From the NCBI GenBank assembly GCA_050613775.1, contig JBODTK010000119.1, forward strand, positions 62,001-126,000: DNA of 64,000 nt, in the 5' to 3' direction. This DNA comes from Neocallimastix sp. 'constans' (lineage: Eukaryota). The position numbers and the translations under genes are program-made. Below are positions 55,056 through 64,000 of this stretch, piece after piece. Each line of letters opens with the position of its first letter. Within the stretch, counting starts at the first letter, position 1. Under the pieces are notes generated by a model. That model saw only the letters and a program-made list of their open reading frames with translations. It had not been told where the DNA came from and did not search any database.

Positions 55056-58000
55056 ATGGAAACAGAATTGGAAAATAATATTAGTAATAACAATAATGAA
55101 GACAGCAATGATATTATTAGGGATGAGCCTATAATGAGCAAAGAAAACAGTAATGTGAATAATAACGATGAATATAATGAAACTATTGAAATTTTAGATA
55201 ATAATGAAAAAGAAGGGATCAAGGATAATTCTGTAATTGAAAAAAATAAATTACTAGATACAGAAGTATTTAATTTAAAAAATTATAATAGCAATTACTA
55301 TTTTCCAAATGAATATGAGAACTTTGAAAGTCGTGAAGATATTTACTATCCATTTGATGATGACCATGATAATGATAGTTTTCCAAGTAATCCTTGGATA
55401 TTTAGTAGTGATGATGAAAGTAATTTATTCGATCAAGATCAATATGAAAATGAAATGAATGAAATTGATGATGAACAGTGGACTGAATTATATAATAATG
55501 ATGAAATATTTAATTTTATATATAATGATAAAAATTTATTTCCCGGTTATTTCCAGAGTAAAGAAGACTTACGTATAATTGATGAAAATAATACCGATGC
55601 TTATAATATAGATGATCCGGATCAAAGAATACGTCATGAATTTAAATTGAAATTAGAAAACAATAAAAGATTAGATCAAATTTTAGACAATTATTTTAAA
55701 GCAAATAAAGATGAGAGTGATAATGAAAATTTGATGAATACTTTTAATAATGAATATATCGATAATGAAGAAAATAATGAAAATATAAAAAATAATAATA
55801 ATACCAGAGATAATAAAAATGAAGATAATAATAATTTAAGTAATGATAAAATTTACCAAGATTCTAAATTAAAATTTAAAAATAATAATGATAATACAAT
55901 GCCAAAATATTTAAAAAAAATTAATGTTGAATCTTTTGAAAAAAGTTGGAAAAAAATATTAAAAAAGTATATGGATTTTAAAAATAATTACAGTTTAGAA
56001 AAAACAGACAAACTTGAAAATTTTAATGAAAAAGTTTTAGAAAAGGAATTTTTTGTTCAGAAAAAAGAAATTAAAGAAAAAAAGGATAATCTTAAAGAAA
56101 ATGAGACATTATTTAATGAAATTACAAATGATATAAATGATATTCAGGTTAATTTTTTTTAATTATTTTATAAAGATTTATATATATTAATATTAGATTA
56201 TTAATATTAATATTTGAATATTTTTTCTTATTTTTTAATTAATATATTAGAAAACAGCAAATACATTATTAATTGACTACGTTAATTGTACAATAAAATT
56301 ATGTGAATATGCGAAGAAAAAATTTCCAGAATTGGAAGTTAGTGATACGTTTAAGGATTTTGATTATAATATAAATAATGCATATAAATTAAAAGTACCT
56401 TTAACAAATGAATTACAAACTGATGTTAATTATAGAACTATGTATATTAATTATAAAGATAAATTTGAAATGTTATTATTATCCAAGAAACTAATCGATA
56501 TATTAAATGAAAAAAGAACTCAAATAGCTTATCAATTGGGTATATCTACTCTTGAATATGAAAAGATTCAAAAGTTTGATTACTTAGTTAATGAATTAGA
56601 AAAAGAACGATTAAAAGAAATGGTAATGATATCCAAAAAATTATCAAAAATAGAACATTATACATGTTTAATGTTAATAAAAAATGAAAAACTAAAAAAG
56701 AGAAAAGAACAAGATGAAAAATATTTAGAAAAATTAAAATCATTGAAAGAAGAGAAAAAAATGAGTAAAAAGAGAAAAGAAGCATATATAAGAGCTTTAA
56801 AAGTAAAAGACAAGGTAATTATTGAAGGATATAAAAAAATAATAAAGATATATATATATATATAAATTTGATGTTTTCTTTTTTTTTTATTTATTTATAT
56901 GTTTTTATATTATATATAATAAATTTAAATAAACAAATTTGAATATTGAAAAAAATATAATAGAAACAAATTGAAAATATTAAAAATGAAAAGCAAAAAA
57001 CTAAAGAAATTAGTAGGAAAATTGAAGCTCTTAATTTATTAAGTAATGAAATATATATAAAAAAGCAAAATATGAAAAAAACAAAATACCCATTACCCGA
57101 AATATCTAAATATAAATTTCAATTAGATAATCCATTAAAATATATAGAATCAAAAAGATTTATTATTGATGATGATATCAAAAAAAAAAAAATTCATCAT
57201 AATATTAATAACAATAATATTATTAAAAAAATAATTAATGAAGAACAAAACGAAGAAAAAAATAAAAATAAATTAAAATTTATTGACGTAATTAATAATA
57301 GAAAAAAAGATATGTACTATTCAAAATTAATTGAAACCCATAAAAACGATTTAAATAAATATTCAAATGAATTAAGTGATAATAATAATGAATATAAGAA
57401 TGAAGCTCAAACAGAAAAAAAAGTTATTTTTAATAATGATAAAAATAGCTATTTTATTAATGATAACACGGATAGTAATAGTTCTCACTCTTCAAAAAAT
57501 ATTAAAGAAAAGAAGGAAATTCAATTTATTGATATAGAAAATAATTTATCATTAAAAAATAAAGAATCCACAACAAATTTGAAAAAAGAAATTAGATTTC
57601 ACAATGATTTAGATATATCGAATACAAATGAAAATGTACTTGATTATGATAAACTAAATTCAATTAATAATACAGAAAGAGTTCATGTACAATTACCTAA
57701 TGTTAATAATAACACAGAGTTAAATGAAAATTTTGTTCAGTATGATAAAAATATTTTACCATTTTCATCAAAGCCATTAAGCCTTACATTTAATGATTTT
57801 GAATCTGGAAAAAAATATATTAAAAAAATATTATTAACAAATACTTCTGGTAGAGTAAATACCTTTAAGTTAATTCCATTACCAATTGAAATAGCATCAT
57901 ATTTTGAAGTTCAATATAAACCACAAGGTATGATGTCTGCCGGTATGACATGTCAAATTGAAATTACTTTTAATTGTCCAAATGGTTTTAATGAAGATAT

Positions 58001-61000
58001 TATAAATTCTAGTATTAATTTCGAAGCCGCTTATGGTGGAATATTTAAAATTCCAATAAATTGTTTTTCTAAAAAGTGTATTCCTAAAATTATTTCTATT
58101 AATGGAAAACCTATTCGTAGATATTATAATAATTCTCAATCATTCTATGCGAGTAATAGTGAACAAAAAAAGAGTCATATATCTAATCAACAAATAAATG
58201 AAAATGAAATAGAAATACATTTTGGAAAATGCATATCAGGCGGTTATGTTAACAAGTTAATAGAAATCGGAAATAAAGGAGCATTAGATACAAAATATAC
58301 TATAAGACCACTAGATAATGACGAAATATTAGAAAATATCAATAATGAAAATAATAAAGAAAATAACGAAAACAACAAATATATTGAAGACAATGAATAT
58401 ATTAAAAACGATGAAAATAATGAAAATAATGAAAATGATGAAAATAATAAAAATAGTGAAAATAATGAAAATGGTGAAAATAATGAAAATATCATAAATA
58501 GTGAAAATAACGCTAATAATAATTTCAATGAAAATAATGGTAACAATGATAATAGTGAAAATGAAGTACATAAAGAAAGTAATAAAGATTCATATGAACT
58601 CTCAAAAAGTGACATAACTATAGCGAATGATTTGATAATTAAAGAAAATTCATTATCAAATGATAATTCCAATAATTTAGAAATTGTTAATTCTACTTCA
58701 AGTGAATTATATGAAGATGATATATATAAGAGAGAACCTTTATTTTCAGTAACAAAGAACTCAGAAGGATCTTTAGTTAAAGCTTCTAATATATTTATAA
58801 ATATTAAATACTCTCCACCATATGAAATACATCCTCCTAGTGGATCATTAATTGATAATGTATCACTTAAATCAAAAGAACATGTAAAAGTATTTATCAT
58901 TGAATTTGATAATGAAAACACAAAACCCATATATATAAAATGTATAGGTCATGCTTTAGAAGTTCCTATATTTATTGATAATAATGTATTAGATTTTAAA
59001 CTTTGTGTTTCTGGAAGCGTCTATAGAAATAGAGTTCAAATTAAAAACGAATCAAATATTGCATTAAAATTTACAGTTGCTCTTGCAAATGATAAATTTT
59101 ATAATAATAATGGAGATTTATTAAATGATATTGATATTAGTTTTTTCAGAAATATGGGTATAAATATTTCAAAACCAAGTCAATTTTATATACAATCATT
59201 ACCACCATTTATTGAATCATTTGAATTCAGTCCTCAATTTGCCTTTGCTCAACCAAATGAACCATTTTCTATATGGTTCAAAATCAAAGTTCAAAAGAAA
59301 ATAAATTTAAATCAAAATTTAGTAGATGAATTTTTTGAAATACCAGTAGTATTAACATATATTTATGGTAAAATTAAATGTCCATTACCAATATTATTGA
59401 AAGGAAGAATTACTTCTGTGGGTATACAAATTGAACCAAATGGTATCATAGATTTCAAAAATATATCTATTTTTGAAAAAGGTTATGTTCCAATTGATAT
59501 TACTAATAATTCTTTATTACCACAAAAGTTACTATTTCAATCCAAAAATCCTGTTTTATCAGTATTAAATCCAAAAAAAGAAACAATTATTACTTTAAAA
59601 TCAAGAGAAGTTGTAAGAATATATTTAATATTTCAACCTTTAGAAGTTACAAAATATAGTGGAGATAATATGAAGATTATAGGATATACAGATCATGGTT
59701 TAAAATTTGAAATACTATGTATGGGAAATGGTATACAGTCAGCTCTTAAACTTTCAAGTAATTATATTAAATTTTCTGCAACATCTATAGGAAAAATAAA
59801 TACTACAAGTATTGGTTTATTATATAATGAAGAAAACTCTCGAAAAGGAACAGACAATAATAAACTTCAAAATATCTATGATTTTAAATTCGGAATGCCT
59901 GTTTTATTTAGAGCTCAAAAAGTAGATATAAAGCAAAAAAAAATAACAGATATTCCATTAGAAAATAAAAATAGAATATATGATTGTTTACGGATTACTC
60001 CAAATGAAGGAACAATAAATCCTGATAAAAATGAATTTCTTGAGGTTTCATTTTACCCTACTGAAAATGATTATAACATTGAAGGTGGAAAAGCGGACGA
60101 TGAATTAGAGAAAATTGGAAAAATATATAAAGAAGAAAATAATGAAAATGGAATAAATTGTGATAATAATAGTAATAATAATATAGATTCTGAAAAAGAA
60201 ATTAGTAATTTAATAACAAACAATACATTATCACCATCATCAAGTTCTGTTCAGAAATCAATAAAAAGCAAAAAAATTAATGATAATCAGAACCATACTG
60301 ATTCTGTCTCTATAATTACTATTCCAGAAAGATCATCATTCATAACGAATTTAGATTTTATCATGCCATGCAAAATAAAGCCACATAAAAATTTTAATAT
60401 CGATTTATCCAAACTTAAAATGCCATTTGGTATGAAAACAGATATTAATGAAAAAGAATATCAACAAAATAATTCCTTTGTAATTCATTTATTAATTTCT
60501 ACTTCCATAACACAGCCAGATTTAGTTAATGACAATAAAGAATCTATTGTAAATTTTGGTAATGTTTTACTGAATAGCGAAAGTATATGTGATATTCCAT
60601 TTAAAAATGAAACAGATAAACCAAAAAAAATTAATATGAAATGTTTAAATCCTGTAGGACCATTTGATTTAGTATGCTATCTTCGAGAAATTCCACCAAA
60701 ATCTACATTTAATGCAAAGATATTATTTAGACCTTCAAGACCAATATTATATAAAGAAATATGTGAATTCTATACCGAGACTTCTTGTATTAAACTTGAA
60801 TTATATGGTACAGGTATTGAGCCCAAAGTACTGATAGAACCAAAAAATATTGAATTTAATGATATTATGCTTGGTGAAATAGGAACTCAAACATTAACTA
60901 TCAATAATCAAACTACAATTCCAATAAAGTATAAAATTCATGATAAAGAAGATGTTTTAGGAAACAAAAAGATAAATGGAACTACTAATATAAATTTCAT

Positions 61001-62471
61001 TACAGCCTTTCATCTTAATTCCTATGAAGGTGAGGTGACATCCATGGATAAAACAGATATTATAATTAAATTTTCACCTGATCATGAAAGTGATAACTAC
61101 TACGACTATTTCTATATAGAAATTATTGGTATAAAAGAATATCAAAAGATACGAGTAAATGGTAGATGTTGGCAAAATTCATTTTATATTTCTGGATTTG
61201 ACCATAATTCAGATTCTTATATAGAAGATCCAATAATTTTACCATTAGAAATTTACGCGAATAATAATAATTGCATTTCTTCAAATTTAGATACTTCACC
61301 CCATGAAGATGAAGAAACAAAGAAAAAAGAAATAAAAAAAGAAACAAAAAAAGAAACTAAAAAAGAAACTAAAAAGGAAAAGAAAAGTGAATCTAATACA
61401 AGTGAAAATGATGAAATTATCCCTATAACTTTAGCTTCATCTTTCATTCAGCCCAAATATAAAACATTAAAGTTTGAATGGAAAATATCAAAATCTCTTA
61501 GTCAAAAATATAATCAAACGGTGTATGTCATATATTCAAAAGATTTTAGTATTGTCAATGGTAAAGTACCACAATTTGTAAAAACAGAAAACAAAAAAAT
61601 GATTCCATCTGAATTTATTATACAACCATATGATAATACGTTCTTTGTGAATAATTTTGGTTCTGTAACGTTAGTTCCTCTCAAAGATAATGACAGAGAT
61701 TCCAAAAGAAAATTTGTTGTTGAATCAACCTATGGAACAACAGAAAACGTTGGAGTTACTAGAATCAGTGTTAAAATTGTGGATCCTCTGTTGAACTTTT
61801 GGAGCAATTACTTTAAAGAAGGAATTAATTTATCGAATCATATTAATGAGGATATACTAAATACCCCCGATTTTAAATTCTTTATGGATGATTATCAAAA
61901 TACTGTGAATAGAGACAGTAATAATTCAGTAATAAATGAAATTAATAGTGAATCGATTAACAATATAAAAGCTTCAGAAGAAAATGTTGAAAATCAATTT
62001 GATAATGAAGAAATAAACAATAACATTAATAATAGTAATATTAATACAAATATTTCAGTAAATAGTACTATTAGTATTCCTAATATCAATAATAATATCA
62101 ACAGCAACAGCAACAGCAATAGCAATAGCAATAACTTCAATATTGCTAATCAAAGTAATAATAATTATAGTGATAATTTATCAGCAGCTCAAAGTATTAC
62201 TCTTGATACTCCCTCAAAAACACATTCAAATCAAAAAGGATCTCAAAATATGGAATCATCAATGATAACATTAAGATCATTTAATCCTGAAGTTATTGAA
62301 ACATGTTATAAAGTTATTTTAAAAGGAGGTATAACATGGGAAGTTGGACCAACCTTTAATTGTAGAGAACCAGCTAAAGAGCCAGTGGAAGGTTACATTA
62401 ATTCCTATTCAAGAATATGGATTTTAAAATTTATTACAGAATTACCTGAAAACCCGGAAATTGTAGATTAA
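55056..62471 (+). CDS. CFAP74: CFAP74-like cilia/flagella-associated protein (coiled coil plus multiple ASH/Hydin-type Ig-like domains); exons 55056-56147, 56251-56814, 56964-62471, ~2387 aa
   Basis: Two phase-0 GT-AG introns join ORFs 55056, 56332 and 57072 in frame. PFSSKPLSLTFNDFESGKKYIKKILLTNTS...PQGMMSAGMTCQIEITF matches my recollection of CFAP74. Repeated 'xFG...I.N' ASH-like motifs follow. Confidence 0.8.
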
Positions 62472-62679
62472 GTTATTGATTTTCTATTAAATATGAAAAT
62501 TATATATATATAGGAAATAGAAAAATAAAATGAAATAAAAATAATAAATATTTTATTAATTTCAATATAAATTTATTACAAAAAAAATAAAAAAAATTCT
62601 CAAATTACAAAAAAATTAAATATATATAATTAAATTACTATAAACTGTTAAAATGTATATAATAAATAAAATTATTAAG

Positions 62680-62729
<50 letters not shown>

Positions 62730-62789
62730 AAATTAATCATATAATAAAAATATAAATTTCATTTAATTTTACATATCATTTTTCAATAT

Positions 62790-62935
<146 letters not shown>

Positions 62936-63370
62936 TTTATAATTTATCTTATATAAAAGATAAATAGGAATATTATCATTTTATATTTAATTAATTTTAT
63001 CTCTTTGTCTCGATATTTTTTATTAATAATATATTTTTTATTTATTTTTCTCCATCAATTCATTCTTATATTCAAAGTAATATTAATTATATATAATAAT
63101 AATAAAGTGTAAGAAATATTGAATTTTTATACACAAAAATCCAATGCAATTGATATGAATGTAGAAATTTTTGTAATATTAATAAAGCTGGTTAACTTCC
63201 TCTTAAACTATTTATATAAATTAATAATATATTTTGTGAATCTGATATTATACATATTTTGAATTTTTTTTTAGACCAGGTGTAAACTTTATTTAATTAT
63301 TTTAATAATATTTATTAAAAAAATACATGAAAACAAAATACATGAAATTTTTTATATTTATATTATAAAA

Positions 63371-63770
63371 CTATTTTATGAGTTTCGATGACGAAATGGC
63401 CTCTAACTCTTCATCGATGATAATTCCATGAAGATATAAATTATTATTATAATCTATATCAAAATTTCTTCTATGCCTTATCGTTTCGATGACTCTTGAC
63501 ACGGTACCTATATTGGTATACAAATTGATCATTGTGTAAAAATAACTAATCACAAAAAGCATAATATTTGTAAGGAATTCTGCAAGACCTAAAAAATATA
63601 AAATAGGGGAATAAAAGACTCTCTTGAAGGTAAATGAAAAATATTTAGTTACAGAGGACTATCAGTAATAAAAATAATTGATTCAGAATAATACTTGTTT
63701 CTATTATAATTTATACTGTTAAATGCGCGAATCCTTAATGTAATTTTCCTATTTATTCTTTTAACAGGTA
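63371..63770 (-). mobile_element. Degenerate LINE 3' fragment related to the element at 1-1165
   Basis: Minus strand GLAEFLTNIMLFVISYF...VIETIRH parallels FTALFTNIIPIVSTLQ...AENVMRQ of ORF 867-1163. Both share tacaaatattat. Confidence 0.45.
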
Positions 63771-64000
63771 AGTGTTTTTTTAATTATAATTTTAAAATAA
63801 AGTTTTAACTAACAAATATAATTTAAAACAAAAAAAAAAAATAAAAAAATAAAAATTGTTTTTAAAAATTTTAATATATATTTTTTACTGTTCCAGTAGT
63901 TATTTTATTTTATTTTTTTTTTTTTAAATTTTTTTATTTTTTTATTTTTTTTATTTATTTATTTATTTTTATTGGTTTAATTAATTTGTTATTTTTAGTT

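Noticed and set aside
57897..61705. Antisense ORFs inside the CFAP74-like gene (similarly 14363, 27828, 39586, 40227, 56588, 6308, 22455)
   Set aside because: Shadow ORFs opposite well-supported coding or transposase sequence.

Overview
Extremely AT-rich, intron-containing eukaryotic DNA. Composition, flagellar genes and a GH5 fragment suggest an anaerobic gut fungus (Neocallimastigomycota); this is inferred, not proven. The left half (1-26 kb) is gene-poor. It holds decayed LINE, Mutator-like (MULE) and Ty1/copia remnants, a DPBB/RlpA-like membrane-anchored gene, and two small hydrophobic ORFs that look like distant paralogues. The right half carries an IQ-motif orphan ORF, a secreted RNase T2, a Rap1-like telomere protein and PPM1/LCMT1. 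It ends with three adjacent co-oriented centriole/flagellum genes (LRRC45-like, EFHC/Rib72-like, CFAP74-like). The most notable oddities are a GH5 mannanase fragment embedded antisense inside the copia relic, the micro-ORF pair flanking a MULE, a dispersed ~40-50 bp minisatellite family, and poly-A tracts at several 3' splice sites. All gene models and family calls come from manual translation and motif recognition; no database searches were run.
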